DNA from: Lama glama
Taxonomy: Eukaryota
Assembly (NCBI GenBank): GCA_028534125.1
Contig: CM052818.1
Location: forward strand, 40,488,001-40,552,000
DNA: 64,000 bases
Reading direction: 5' to 3'
In this document: positions 38,000 through 50,989 of the stretch, one piece after another
Layout: each line of letters starts with the position of its first letter
How positions within the stretch are numbered: position 1 is the first letter of the stretch
Position numbers and translations under genes: made by a program
The notes under the pieces: generated by a model
Told to the model about the DNA's origin: nothing
Databases searched by the model: none
Seen by the model: the letters and a program-made list of their open reading frames with translations, nothing else

Positions 38000-38499
38000 N
38001 NNNNNNNNNNNNNNNNNNNNNNNNNNNNNNNNNNNNNNNNNNNNNNNNNNNNNNNNNNNNNNNNNNNNNNNNNNNNNNNNNNNNNNNNNNNNNNNNNNNN
38101 NNNNNNNNNNNNNNNNNNNNNNNNNNNNNNNNNNNNNNNNNNNNNNNNNNNNNNNNNNNNNNNNNNNNNNNNNNNNNNNNNNNNNNNNNNNNNNNNNNNN
38201 NNNNNNNNNNNNNNNNNNNNNNNNNNNNNNNNNNNNNNNNNNNNNNNNNNNNNNNNNNNNNNNNNNNNNNNNNNNNNNNNNNNNNNNNNNNNNNNNNNNN
38301 NNNNNNNNNNNNNNNNNNNNNNNNNNNNNNNNNNNNNNNNNNNNNNNNNNNNNNNNNNNNNNNNNNNNNNNNNNNNNNNNNNNNNNNNNNNNNNNNNNNN
38401 NNNNNNNNNNNNNNNNNNNNNNNNNNNNNNNNNNNNNNNNNNNNNNNNNNNNNNNNNNNNNNNNNNNNNNNNNNNNNNNNNNNNNNNNNNNNNNNNNNN
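38000..38499. other. Assembly gap of exactly 500 N
   Basis: Directly visible; the round size suggests an arbitrary scaffolding spacer. Confidence 0.99.
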
Positions 38500-38754
38500 T
38501 ACAAATTTTGAACTCCCAGTCTGTCCCTGTCTATGTTGATTTTGTGAGGACTCGTCACATGTCCATGGAAGTTTCCATCTGTACTTTCTTCCAAAAAATA
38601 AAGATAAAATCAAGACTTTTAAAGTAACTGCTACTCTGGAAGTTCCAAGTTATTTTTAGATTTTATCAGAATACAAGTGAAATGCATTCCTTCTTCTTAT
38701 CCCATTGCACTGCAGAGGGTGGGGTTCAGGTGACTGTTTTTTTGGACTGTGTAA

Positions 38755-38990
38755 CACTGCATTCGTGTCCCTGACTCTGCTATTAACTAGCTATGTGACT
38801 TAAGAAAATTATTTAACATTTAAAAACCTCCGTCTCTTCATTTGTAAAATATGGATAATTATACAAATTAGCTTTACATGAATATAAGGATGTTGATGGA
38901 TTACAGAGGTTGAGCAAGTAATTCTTCAGCACAAAACTTTGCACGTTGTACGAGCTTACTAAATCTAGTTATTATGACCATCATTATTTT
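38755..38990 (+). mobile_element. MIR SINE
   Basis: cctgactctgctattaactagctatgtgacttaagaaaattatttaac..cttcatttgtaaaat. Confidence 0.85.
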
Positions 38991-39139
38991 GATTTTTTTC
39001 TAAAACCATTATTTAAATCACCCTACAATTGACTTTCCATTGCCTTTAAGATGAAATATTCCTGTTGGCTTTCAGCATGATCTATCTAGTCTTTGATGAC
39101 ATGTACCCACTGTTGACTTCTCCAGCCTCATTTTTCTTT

Positions 39140-41200
39140 TATTTTCTCTAGGTTTACTGAGGTATAATTGACAAATAAATATTGTATATATTTAAAGTGT
39201 GCAATATAATGTTTTTTATTGAAGTATAGTTGATTTACAATGTTGTATTAGTTTCTGGCGTACAGCATAGTGATTTGGTTGTACATACATATATGTATAT
39301 ATATATATTCTTTTTCATATTCTTTTCAGTACAAGTTACTACAGGCCACTGAATGTGGTTCCCTGTGCTATACAGTAGGATCTTGTTATTTACTTATTCT
39401 TCCCATAGTAGTTTGAACATGCCAATCCCAAACTCCTATTTTATCCCTCCTTCCCCCATCCCCTCCAGTAATTGTCAGTTTGCTTTCTGTGTCTGTGAGT
39501 CTCTTTATGTTTTATAAATAAGTTCATTTGTGTCTTTTTTTTAGCTTCCACATATAAGTGATATCATATGTTTGTCTTTCTCTGTTTGACTACAACATAA
39601 TATTCTGATCTGCATATACATTTTAAAACATTTTTCTTCCAGTTACATTGAGATATATTGACATACAGCATTGTATAAATTTAAGGTGTACAACATAAAG
39701 ATTTGACTTACATACATCATGAAATGACTACCACAATAATTTAATGAACATTTATCAACTCATATAGATACAAAAGAAAAGAAAAAGAAAAAAAAATTTT
39801 CTGATGAGAACTCTTAGGATTTATTCTCTTAAAGACTTTCATATATAACATAGAGCACTGATAATTGTATTTATCATGTTGTACATTATACCCCTAGTAC
39901 TTGCTTATCTTATAACTGAAAGTTTGTACCTTTTGACCACCTTCATCTAAGTCTCCCTCGCCTTTCTCCCTACTTCTGATAGCCATAAAACTGATCTCTT
40001 TTTCTGAGTTTTTTGGGTTTGTTTCTTTGTTTTGGAAGTCTAATTGACTTACAACACCATGTTAGTTCCTATTATATAATATAGTGATTCAATATTTCTA
40101 TAGATTTCAAAATAATCACCATAATAAGTCTAGTTACCATCTGTCACCATACAAAGATGTTACATAATTCTTGGCTATATTCCCACACTATACGTTTCAC
40201 AGCCTGGACTCATTTATTTTGTAACTGGAAGGTCGTACCTCCTAATCTTCATTACTTACTTCTCTCCTCCCCACACCCACCTCCTCTCTGGCGACCTTGA
40301 GATTGTTCTCGACTCTGTTTCTGTTTTGTTATGTGTGTACACTTCTTTTGCTTTTTAGATTTCACATATAAGTGAAATCATACAGTATCTGTCTTTCTCT
40401 GATTGATTACTCGCACTTAGCATAATTCTCTTTAGGTCTATCCATGTTGTTGCAAATGACAAGATTTCATCTTATTGCTGAGTAACATTCCATTGTATCT
40501 ATATGCCACATCTTCTTTATCCATTCTTCTGTTGATGGGCATTTAGGCAGGTTCCATATCTTGGCTATTGTAAGTGATGCTGCAATGAACATCCGAATGC
40601 AAATTTTTTTTGAATTAGTGGTTTTAATTGGTGTTTTCCGGATGATTTGTGTCTTTGAGTATCTCTGCTTATACTTGTTGACCATCTGTATGTCTTCTTT
40701 TGAGAAATGTCTAAACAGGCCCTTGACCATTTTTAAATTGGATTTTTAATTCGTTGCTGTTGAATTATCTGAGTTGATTGTATATTTCAGATATTAACCC
40801 CTAATCAGATGTATAGTTTTCAAATATTTTCTCTCATTCTATAAGTTGTCTCCTCACTGCTCAGCCCAAAGTCAAGAAGCTTTTCCCCTATATTTTTTTC
40901 TAGCAGTTTTATAGTTTTAAGTTTAAATTTAAGTTTTTAATCCATTTTGAATTGATTTTTGCATGTAGTATGAGATAAAGATCCAGTTTTTTCCCTCTGC
41001 ATGTGGCTATCCTGTTTTCCTGGGAACATTTATTAAAGAGACTATCTTTTCCCAATTGTGTTCCTGGCATTCTTGTCAAGGATCAGCTTACTATAAATGT
41101 ATCAGTTTGTTTCTGGGTTATCCTGTTCCATTGGTCTATCTGTCTGTTTTTATGCCAGTAACACTGTGTTCTGATTACTGTAGCTTTGTAATATATTTTG
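39140..41200 (-). mobile_element. Cluster of nested/tandem L1 3' ends followed by L1 ORF2 remnant
   Basis: Four successive antisense L1 termini (tgaggtataattgac about 39158; ttattgaagtatagttg about 39216; attgagatatattgac about 39647; gaagtctaattgac about 40035). ORF 40467-40730 gives L1 ORF2 peptide (FIAASLTIAKIWNLPKCPSTEEWIKKMW). Confidence 0.92.
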
Positions 41201-41549
41201 ACAGAGTCAGTTTTCTGTATATTCAGCAGTCCATTAATCTAAACAAATTCCCAAGCCCAATAAGCTACCAAGAGAAAAGGGGAAAATACAGTTTTAGTGA
41301 CGGGAATACGAAATGAAGAATTATCCAAGAACCCAGATAAGGAGGATTTTGCAAAGAAGCCCAAATATAAGTGGAGCTGCACATGTACCCCACCCTTGGC
41401 TTCAAGCTAGTCAGACTAGCCTCCTGCAGCAAGTCATCTTACAGAAGCTACACAAAATAACTGATAAATATAATCTTGCTTCCTGTAAGTAGCTTTTGGG
41501 AGGTATGGAATTTTATCATAAACTTTTTTTTATCATACTTTTCCTTCTT

Positions 41550-41860
41550 TCACATCAGCAAATATTTTGTAATTGTCTACTATCTGCTAAGCACTACAGT
41601 GTGTAAAAACCACTTGTGCTCTTCTGAAGGTTGCAGTTTAGTGAACAAGACAGCTATTAATCAGTTGATCATATTAATAAATCGATTATTACACATTAAG
41701 CTAATGAACATGATTGTTTGATTAAATAAAGGAATCTGACATAGACTAAGTGGTAAAAGAAGGTCCTCCAGGAGCAACATTTAATCTGAGAGCTGAAGGA
41801 GGAGTTGAAATTAACCAGAAGAGAGGAACAAATTTTTCAGAAAGAGGAAACGACTTGTAT
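41550..41860 (-). mobile_element. L2 3' fragment
   Basis: cagcaaatattttgtaattgtctactatctgctaagcact..atttaatctgagagctgaagga. Confidence 0.7.
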
Positions 41861-41969
41861 GAGATCAACAGTATTAGGGCTTAAAACACCGGCACCAGCC
41901 CAGTCACAAAGGTTTCCACTGGTGTTTTGCTGGCTTGGTGGGTGAAAGGCATGCATTGTTCCTCTGGGA

Positions 41970-42198
41970 CTGCTAGTTAATATTACCTTCCCACTGTGCC
42001 AGGAATGTCCACCTGAGAATGAAATCAAACCACAGGGAAATACAGCCAACAAAGGTCTCTACCAAATGATGCTGTTTCATTGTCTAGATCCAAACAGGCT
42101 GAAGTCAGACTGTGCCCTAAATCTTCAGTTATTTAAACAAATAAATTATCTCCCCCCTCCTTCAGTTTTGCTAAGTTTTATTTTTGTTTCTTGCAGAC
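41970..42198 (+). mobile_element. Old MLT1 (MaLR) LTR 3' part
   Basis: cctgagaatgaaatcaaac..ctagatccaaac..ctgaagtcagact..ttcagttat..aataaatt..tgtttcttgca. Confidence 0.7.
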
Positions 42199-42304
42199 TT
42201 GGTCTCAAGAACTGAAGTTCTGGCCAGATCTCTGAGGCAGAGATACAACAAAGGCTAAAGAAGATACAACTTCTCTTCCTGGACAGAATTCCATAATTAA
42301 CTAA

Positions 42305-42450
42305 ATACTATTCCTACTCTTCTTACTATTATTACTATTTCCTGTTATTAATATTACAGCTATTACTTCCGAAACAATACTGTTATCACTACAAGCATTA
42401 CTACTAGAATTATACAACTATTATTACTAATTATACTACTGTTGTAACTA
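42305..42450. repeat. Decayed (TAC/TAT)n low-complexity tract
   Basis: Repeated tactattattactat-type triplets. Confidence 0.75.
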
Positions 42451-45400
42451 CTCACAATGTCCTTGATTAAAAATGGAGGACATTGCCTTACTGACTCATA
42501 TCTGTCATCCTTACAGGAGCCCTGAGATATTGCCACTACTCTCCTTACAGATGAGGAAACTGACACTCAGGAAGTCAGTACGTCAAGCCTCGGCTAGATG
42601 GCTCATTGTGCTTCAGGTTGCTGACAGTGTATTGGTTCCTCTAAGGGAACTGTCTACCCACACCCTTAACAAAGGAGAGAGAGGGATTGAATCACCATGG
42701 GTACTACCAGCACCACTGACCTTCGTTCTGCCACCGATCATAGTTGATTGAATCTAGGGTGGATGCTGAACTAAGGAAGAGTGGAAATTCATCAACAAAT
42801 ACTTAGAAACTTGGGGTCTGACACAAAAAGTATATATGAGATCATTATCAGAAATTTACATAATGAAGTTGTTGGAGAGTATTTAGTTAGTGGTGAAATC
42901 AGAAGCGGAAAGGATGCCAAGAGTAGAGGCAAGGGCAAGCCATTTTCAGGAAGAAGTTTCAAGGAGGTGAAAAAAATGAGTCCTTGGAGGACACTAAAGA
43001 GAAACTAAATATGTTTAAAAAAATAAGCAGAGAAGCCATTAGGAAGAGAAAGCCAGTGGCCCCTGAGAGAGACGAGGAGGGTAACAGGCCCCCGAAGTTG
43101 CTGTGGTTTCTGATGAATGCTGTTTTTGGATAATTCACTCTTATTTTTACAATTTAGGATGTTCAAATGAGATTACTGTTCTTTACAACTAAACAAAGTT
43201 GATTAGGATGCTGGACTACACGATGAAACACTGGGCATGGGGAAAACAATTTAGAGTAAAACTAATACAGATTTTGCCTTTGTGCTGGCTGAAAACGCCT
43301 CCCGCCATCCCCGCCCCAACCACCTATCACAGGGAACAGTGCTGACAGCAGAATGTGCTCTGGGCTGAACAACAGATGTAAAGCAGAGGGTCTCAGCTCT
43401 TGAAGCAGCCAGGAAAGAGAGCCAGGCAAGTGATTTGTGAGTTGCCTTCAGCAGTCCTATGTGATGAGAATTAATGTCCATAATAAAGTTTTACTACATC
43501 TTAATTTGGGAAATGCATACCAGACTCTATAAAACAGAAAATGAACTTTTTTGTTGCTTTAATAAACAAGGCTTGGAGGGTATTATCCCATCAGTAAGTC
43601 AGAAACACAAAACATCCTGAATGTCTACATACCCCCAAATGCTGCTTTCCACTGGAGTTTTACTGGATGCACATTAAGTTTGAGGCTGTTCCAAAGGAAC
43701 AAGCTGAAATCACTCAGAGGGTGACCTTGTGGAAGAGCAGGAGCAGGCTTCTCCCAAAGGGACTCCAACTCCAAAAGACATCGGTGCCTCGGGTTATTAA
43801 CTTCAGCTGAATCATTTATACACCTCAGCCCCATCCTAAGTTCTGTAAGGGGAAATCTTTCCATTAGAGCTCAACGTGCCTTTTACATCTTTCTCCTTTC
43901 CATTTACAGATACTCACCCCAGGGAAGAGTTGGTTGAAAATGTCCTCGCTCCCCTGGCATATGCTGGGGAAAGAGGCGGGGGAGTGTTCGACAGTTAAGG
44001 GTTCAGCTATAACACAGAGATTGTCTGGGTGAAACATGGATTCGGTTTTCTTGAGACTGGACCAGTCCCTAAACAGAATTGCACCATATTAAAAGAGCAA
44101 TGCATTCTCCCATGAGAGTCTAGGCTAGAGAAGGCCACTCTGTTGCCATGGCATTGAAAACACTGCAGAAAGAAAGGAATAAATGCTTTGTGGTGGACGT
44201 AACACCTACATGGCAAGCAGATTTCCCAAAGTCCTTTACTATAGCATCAAGTTACTATAAAGTGAGAAAAAGTAATAGAAGAAGAAGCATTCTCTTCCCA
44301 TCATTTTTTTTCAACAAAAAGGTCTGTTTACAAGGTCCCTTTTTATACTTCCCTATGTGACGTACACCTCCTTTAGTTAGCTCCATCTAAGTGCTTAAGT
44401 ATGTCGATTCTAAAATAAAACAATGCCCACAAAATGGCATTCTCACATTCTCCATTAGAGGTGAGTTAAAGTTTAATTAAAGTGAGTCACAAACATGCTG
44501 ATAGAAAATATGTTGCTTTTCATGGCAAAATTCTTCCGGTACATACCTGAGTTTCAAATAGAGAGAAAACAACCCAGTAAATTTCCAGGGAACATCTCTG
44601 GGTCAGAAAGTAATCATTTCATTCTCATTTCAGTGCACTTGAGGGGTTCAAGTAAGACAGGGGAGTGGCAATTATTCTTCTGCTTTACCAGAACTTTCAT
44701 TCACTAGACAACATCCTCCTTATCAAGAAATAACATAGGAAGGCCCGCAGATTTCAGTGACTCAAATTAGAAAGAGAGAAAAAAGAAACGTCCTTTGGGA
44801 GGAGGCAAACTGAGGGCTGTTAATTTCCAAACGTATTTAAAGCTGAGGCAGCGCGCGGGCTTAAAATGTTCCAGAGAATGGAAAATAGGAGAACGTCGTT
44901 AGTGGAGACGACGCTTTATGATTGCTCTCATTTTATCCCTTCCTAATTTCTGCTCTTCTATTAAGCTCTTGAAGAAGGGTGCCTTAGTGAAGGGGGCAAA
45001 CTTTCAATGTCTAGTTAGCACAGTAATAATTGCAGTGATAGTAATAATCATAATATTTATTCACAGACCTGCCAGGCACTGGGCTGTTTTACATTTCCGA
45101 GTTATTCGAACCTCAGAAAAATTCTACAAGAAACCGTTCACTTATTTTAAAGTTTCCGTCTCATTATGACTCCACTAAAAGTGCGAAAAATATATAAAAT
45201 CCCTCACACGGTCCCTGATCTCAAAGAATGTATAATATAATAAGGAAAAGATGATATAGACATGTGAGACAATTGAAAAAGTACAAACAAGCATAAACCA
45301 TAACTGGAGGACAATAAAGATGAAGATACCATAGATTTTCATTCACTCTTGAGTCACCAAAACCCCAGTTCAGACCTGTCTGGCAAGAATGGGTCTGCAC

Positions 45401-45689
45401 TCTGTTCGTCAGCACTGACAAACCAACTTATTCTCTCCACATCTCATTAAACATGGTTAATAAATCAGCATATCCCTCTTCAGCATCTTGGATCATAGTT
45501 TTCAACAGCATGTGTTATCCACATTTTTCTATACATCCATCAGATAGTAGGGGTTTTTTTTATATTAATATAGTTGGTGGCCTCAGGCTCACTCTTGAAA
45601 AGTCAGCATGCTTTCCCTTGTCATTAAAGTAATTAATAAAAAGAAGAAGAATTGATTTTACCAAGTATAAGAAATTTGGCAAAATTTTC

Positions 45690-45890
45690 AAGAGTGATCA
45701 TTTGCCAAGGACCTTCTATGAGCCAGACACATATTATTCCTGATCTGCTCATCAATCCTGTGGACTAAACATGATTTTAGATGAGGAAATTGAATCTCAA
45801 AGAGGTTAGGTAAACTGGTCAAGTCACAAAACGAGTAAATGGAAGAGATAAATTTGGAACCCAAGTCTGTATGAAGCCAACCTCTACTCT
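45690..45890 (-). mobile_element. MIR SINE
   Basis: ttttagatgaggaaattgaatctcaaagaggttaggtaaactggtcaagtcaca..aacccaagtctgt. Confidence 0.85.
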
Positions 45891-46899
45891 TCATCAGGAT
45901 GGAAGTAAAAGATAATTTGATAGATTCTACTGATCGACCCTCCCGAGCCCAATATACTCAGAGTGAATTCTTGCACATTAACTTCATCACTTGTGAGAGT
46001 GGTGAATGCCAGACAATAGAGGTGAGTTGAGCAAAAGCAAGAAGCTGAGGCAGAAGCTCCACTCATATTACAGAATGTTAAATGTCAAGGCACTTTTGAG
46101 TTATTAGTTATTGTAGTAATAACAGGGATTTCTTATGCACATATTAACCAGGACTCACTTACACCCTTGAAATTCAAAAGCAAAACTAGAGGTTAGAAAA
46201 TCTGTTTGCTGGGTTGAAAAGTGCATTTGTTTTGGAACAGTCTGTTAATAAAAATATCCATTGTCACAAAGATCCCCACGTAGGCATCCCCAACATGGTA
46301 AAAAGGAGTTTGGAGAACAAAGGCAACATCTTTAAATATTTAAATGATTAAAATGAAAATTAAAAATAGATTTTCTTTCAATGAAAGGTTTTAAATTGAA
46401 TCCATAAACCATGTTTGATTCCTAAAGCTAGCAGGAATGCATGTTAAGTGTTAAAGACATTTAACGTGAAAATGTGTAATCCATAAAAAATAGGTGATTT
46501 ATCTTTATATGTGGTTTCTAATTTCTTTTGTTGGCCCCAATAACCTTAATCTTGGTGATAACATCACAAGTGATTGCACATCTTCAAACTCACCAAATCA
46601 TATACATTAAATACATGTATTTCTTTGGATATTTCAAGCTGTTAAAAAAAAGTTTTCCCATCTATAATAGGACTGAATTTTGCAATTTTTACTCAGCAGC
46701 CTAATTTCAGGTCCATGAAGAAAGCCTCTACTTATTCTGTGAAAGCATTCAGATTTTTTTTAATAATCATTCAGATATTTTTATAGTCATCTTGATTCTT
46801 CTTTTTTTAATGGAGCAACCATTTTTTTCAAAATTTCCTTGTGTTAAATAGTTTACAGGCACTTAGTCAGTCTTGACACCTGACTACAAGCAGCTGAGT

Positions 46900-47950
46900 C
46901 TTCTCAGTATTTCTCCCCACTCCCTCTACACTCTCTCAGTACGACTTCATGTTTACTCATCACGTCTCTGCCAGTGACTCTCAGTCATCGCCACCCTAGG
47001 CATCTCCTACCCCAAATGCCTGCTAGACTCATTTCAGACACACCAAATTCATTGTGTCTAAAAGTGAACTCACTGTTTTGCCCCAAACTCACCCTTCCTC
47101 CTCTTCCTTCATTACTTCCCTGTGTTCCCCCTCCTCCTCCTCCTCCTCCTTATCTTCCTTCTTCTCCTGCGTCTTGTCTGTGTTCCCCATTCAGATACCA
47201 GAACCACCATCCATCCTGTTGCTTATCAGGCCCATGAAAGCATCCATGTCTTTTCCCTTTCTCTCACTCTCTTTATGCAATACATTATCAAATCCCAATG
47301 ATTTATCACCTAAGCATCTTTGAATTATTATACTTACCTTTATCCCTGTTGCTCTGCTTAAATTCAGGGCCAGGAAAGAATCATACCCTAAATATTCTTC
47401 CTATACCCATGCTCCCTCTACAATCCACTCCCCTCACTGATACCAGGAAGCTTTCTAAAATGTAAATATGATCACGACACTCCTCTGTTCACAACTGATC
47501 GGGACATCTCAGTTACCTTCTAGTTAAGCGCAATCTTTCTAGTGTGGCAAACAAGAACCTCACTTTTCCCAACACCGCACATACTCCGGGCTTCAGAATT
47601 ATTGAATCGCTTTTCTAGTTGTTCTGTTCTGGTTCTATTTTCTTTTTCTCTTTTATGCTGTGCGACCTCATCTTTGGTTTGTCAAAGAAACTTCTACTCG
47701 CCCTTTAGAAACAACTCAGGCCCCACCTCCCCAGGACTCCTTCCCTTTGCTTCCCACCACGTGTTCCATCTCAGGCCCCCATGGGACCATGGGCTCCACC
47801 ACTGCTCTCACATTTATCACTGTTTATATGCCTGTTGCTCTCGCTAAACTGTGAACCTCCTGAGGTCAAGGGCTGTTTTATATTCATTTTTGTATCTCCA
47901 TTTACAGATACAAGTGGCACATCATAAGTGATCAATAAATGTTTATTAAG
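46900..47950 (+). mobile_element. L2 LINE 3' kilobase with internal (CCT)n tract
   Basis: tgtctaaaagtgaactca..ctttctaaaatgtaaatatgatcacg..ctaaactgtgaacctcctgaggtcaaggg..tcaataaatgtttatt (L2 terminus). Confidence 0.85.
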
Positions 47951-48897
47951 TTATCTCACTAATCAAAGATGGAAATGAAGGCTTATCTCTTGAATGCCAG
48001 TGTTTTTCCCTCTACCCTGTGATTCTTCCACCTCCACCAGATTGAGAAGTTCTCCAAGATAAATACCTACATCCGTTTGAAAGATTAACAGCTTGGCAAG
48101 ACAGAAACAAGAGGCGTTTCCAAAACCTTAACCAATGGAAACACCAGAGAGGAATATACAGTATAGAAATATTCAAAAGCCTGAATTTTCTTACCCTAAG
48201 CCAGAACTGCCCCATGCTGATTTCTGCTCTGTGAGGAGGCCAGTCCTCAGCACAGGTGCTGTTCAGACCCTAAAGAATGCAGTTGGCGCTGATAGATTGC
48301 AGACAAAGGAACCGTTAGCTGGAGTCAATCACCAGGCAGCATTGCTACCCCTGCCCGGGGCTTGGCACAATTTACATTTCACCCCACAGGAGGGGGCTCC
48401 ACCTGCAGGCACACAGGTCCCCGAGCAGAACAGGATCATCTGTCAAGTTGGCAGACGGTTCAACAGAAGCAGCACAAAAAACTTGCCCCAGGGCCTTAAA
48501 TATAACAAGATTAATTAACATACACTTTTAATGAGTTCCAAAGCAGTAAGCTTAAGACAATTCATTTAATTTTTTAACTCACCTATGTGGAATAACAGAT
48601 GGTAATTTTAAAAAGCAATTAAATTCATTTAAAAAAAACTTTCACAAAATCTGTAGATAAGACTCTTGTATTAACTTGTCTTTTCTTTACTTTTGTATTC
48701 CTATCTGAATACGTAGAAGGAAATCTTGTAAAGTAGAAATAGTTCTACGATGGGGATCAGTCAGCAGACTCTCCACTGAGCGTCGATTTATTCTGTTACC
48801 TTAAACAAGGTGCTTCCCTTTTCTGTGCCTTGACTTGCTCATCTGAGAAATGGAAGACATAAGCTGGAGTAGCTCTCACACCCACACAATCTAAGAT

Positions 48898-48900
<3 letters not shown>

Positions 48901-48937
<37 letters not shown>
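48901..48937. repeat. (AT)18 microsatellite between two MIR fragments
   Basis: Directly visible. Confidence 0.95.
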
Positions 48938-48939
<2 letters not shown>

Positions 48940-48940
<1 letters not shown>

Positions 48941-49150
48941 GCTAGTGTGTATTGAGCGTACCCTATGTTTCAGAAATTGTTCCAAGTATTCAAATGTATT
49001 ATCTCAATTAATCCATGTAACAGCCATTATCATCATTTCACAGATAAACAGAGGCTGAGAAAAAACACATGACTTATCATGTTTTCCCAATTAATGAGAG
49101 GCCGGAATGGGCTTTGATCCCAGGCTGTTTAACTGGAAAGTCTGTACTCT
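48940..49150 (-). mobile_element. MIR SINE
   Basis: tattgagcgtaccctatgtt..tattatctcaattaatcc..catttcacagataaacagaggctgaga. Confidence 0.8.
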
Positions 49151-49214
49151 TAGCTAACTCCCTCCCCAACCTGCCCGTTTGTATGCGATAACTGTGAAGA
49201 CTAAAGCAAGCAGG

Positions 49215-49354
49215 AGGGGGAGGGTATAGTTCAAGTGGTAGAGCACATGCCTAGAATGCCTGAGGTCCTGGGTTCAATCCCCAGTACCTCCACTGAAAAA
49301 TCAAATAAGTAAGCAAATCTAATTACCCCCCCCAAAAAAAAAGAAGGAAAGAGA
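49215..49354 (+). mobile_element. Camelid tRNA-derived SINE (Vic-1 type)
   Basis: ggggagggtatagttcaagtggtagagcacatgcctagaatgcctgaggtcctgggttcaatccccagtacctcc plus A-rich tail; 18-bp TSD with 2 mismatches (49197-49214 and 49355-49372). Confidence 0.92.
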
Positions 49355-50989
49355 AAGACCAAAGCACGCAGGGCATGTGGGCAGCTGCTATTGTCCATTT
49401 TGCTAACAGACCCGTCCATTGGCATATTAGTCTACGTGAGAGCCATGACATGAAACACAACAGTTCAAGCTGTCTTGAGATGATTTTATTCATTTTCTAC
49501 AACTTGTATTCACCCTGTGAAACTGATGGGGCAGGTAACTCATCTACTTCATTGGGCTATAGTCTAGATGTCAGCAGGCAAATTATTATTTTTTAATGGT
49601 GACATTTTAAAGGCTAACTTCAATTTCCTTTAGGAGGTTATTGGTTTCTTATGAGCATTACTAATTTACAAATTCTAACCAAACTAGCCAGAATTGAGAA
49701 AAATTAAATTATTTTATGGTTTCTGGGAGAGTCCATGAAATATTTTGAGACATTGGAATGCAAATTCAAATGTAATCACTTTACTGTTGAGTAGCTCATA
49801 CCTTTAAGAGAAACGTCAATGTGAGAAAGTTAACATTTCTTGATGAGTCAAAACAAATATGTTTTCTTTGTCTTTGTTGCCAAAAAGCAATTTCCATGTT
49901 TTTAAACAAATTAACCAAGAACATTCTGAATATCAGCTGTGCTTGACAATAAGAGAGACACAAAAATGGCATAGTTTATAAATTAAATAACTAAAAATAG
50001 TTTATAGATTAAGACAGAAGTGTTATGGTGGAAAGTACAATAGATTAGAAATTCTAAGATGAAGACTCTAGACTGTTTCTGTAGAGACATTTATAAGCAC
50101 GCAGATATCATGGGTTTGGCTTACATTAACTTGCTAAGTCTAGGGGCATATTTGCAATGTAGCTCACTGACCTTCTTGGCTTTTATTGAACACTTACTTA
50201 CAGTCGCCTCAGTCCTCACTCAACTATTAAGGCCATAGTGCCAAACAGGACTTTATGGAAGGCCAAGCAGAAAACTTCTTGGCTGGGGAGAAGAGAAACC
50301 TTCTAAGGCATCATTAAGGGCAATAGTAAGTCTCCATTTCTTAAAAGCTATAGTCCTTTTGCCACCAATGGGTTTTATTCTGCTGCTTTGGACTGTGAGC
50401 CTTTGGAACTCACACACACATCATATATGTTTGTCTGTAGTGTAGTGTGAAACAGTAAAACATGATCACACGCTTGCAGCAAGTGAAGGAGAAGGATTCA
50501 AGCTTCAGAGTCTTCCTGCACATTGTTATTAAAGCCCACACGATTGTGTAAGTCTGTGTGATTCTACTATAAGATACGTGGGGCCGAAATCTCTTTGAGG
50601 GACTTGAGAACCAGTGGGATAGTAACAAGGGGAGGGAGAGTCTAACCCAGGCTCATGCGAGGCCATTGGAGTTTGTCTTTTTCATTTGTGAAAGGGAATG
50701 ACTGCTGACCCGACTACCCCTTGAGTTACAGGTAAAGCCCTACGGAGAGTTTCTGCATCACCCTCCCTGATGGTGGACTCCTCCCCTCTGGCTCAGCTTG
50801 TAGCCGCTGCTGGAAAGAGCATTCCAAAAAATATATATATGTATGTGTGTGTGTGTGTGTGCACGCGTGTGTGTGTATCTGACCATGACTTACACTGGGG
50901 CATTTTTCTGTTCCTTTGTCTAATTAATTTCTCCTCACCTCTTGGGTACAACTGAAGTGTTACTTGTTTCCAAAAGCTTCCTCTGGTCC

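Noticed and set aside
37926..38627. Four ORFs of 179-233 aa
   Set aside because: Artefacts of translating the 500-N gap.
48135..48518. 127-aa ATG-initiated ORF
   Set aside because: No homology recognised; such lengths occur by chance in 64 kb.
49215..49290. tRNA-like sequence with A and B boxes
   Set aside because: SINE head with A-rich tail and TSD; not a tRNA gene.
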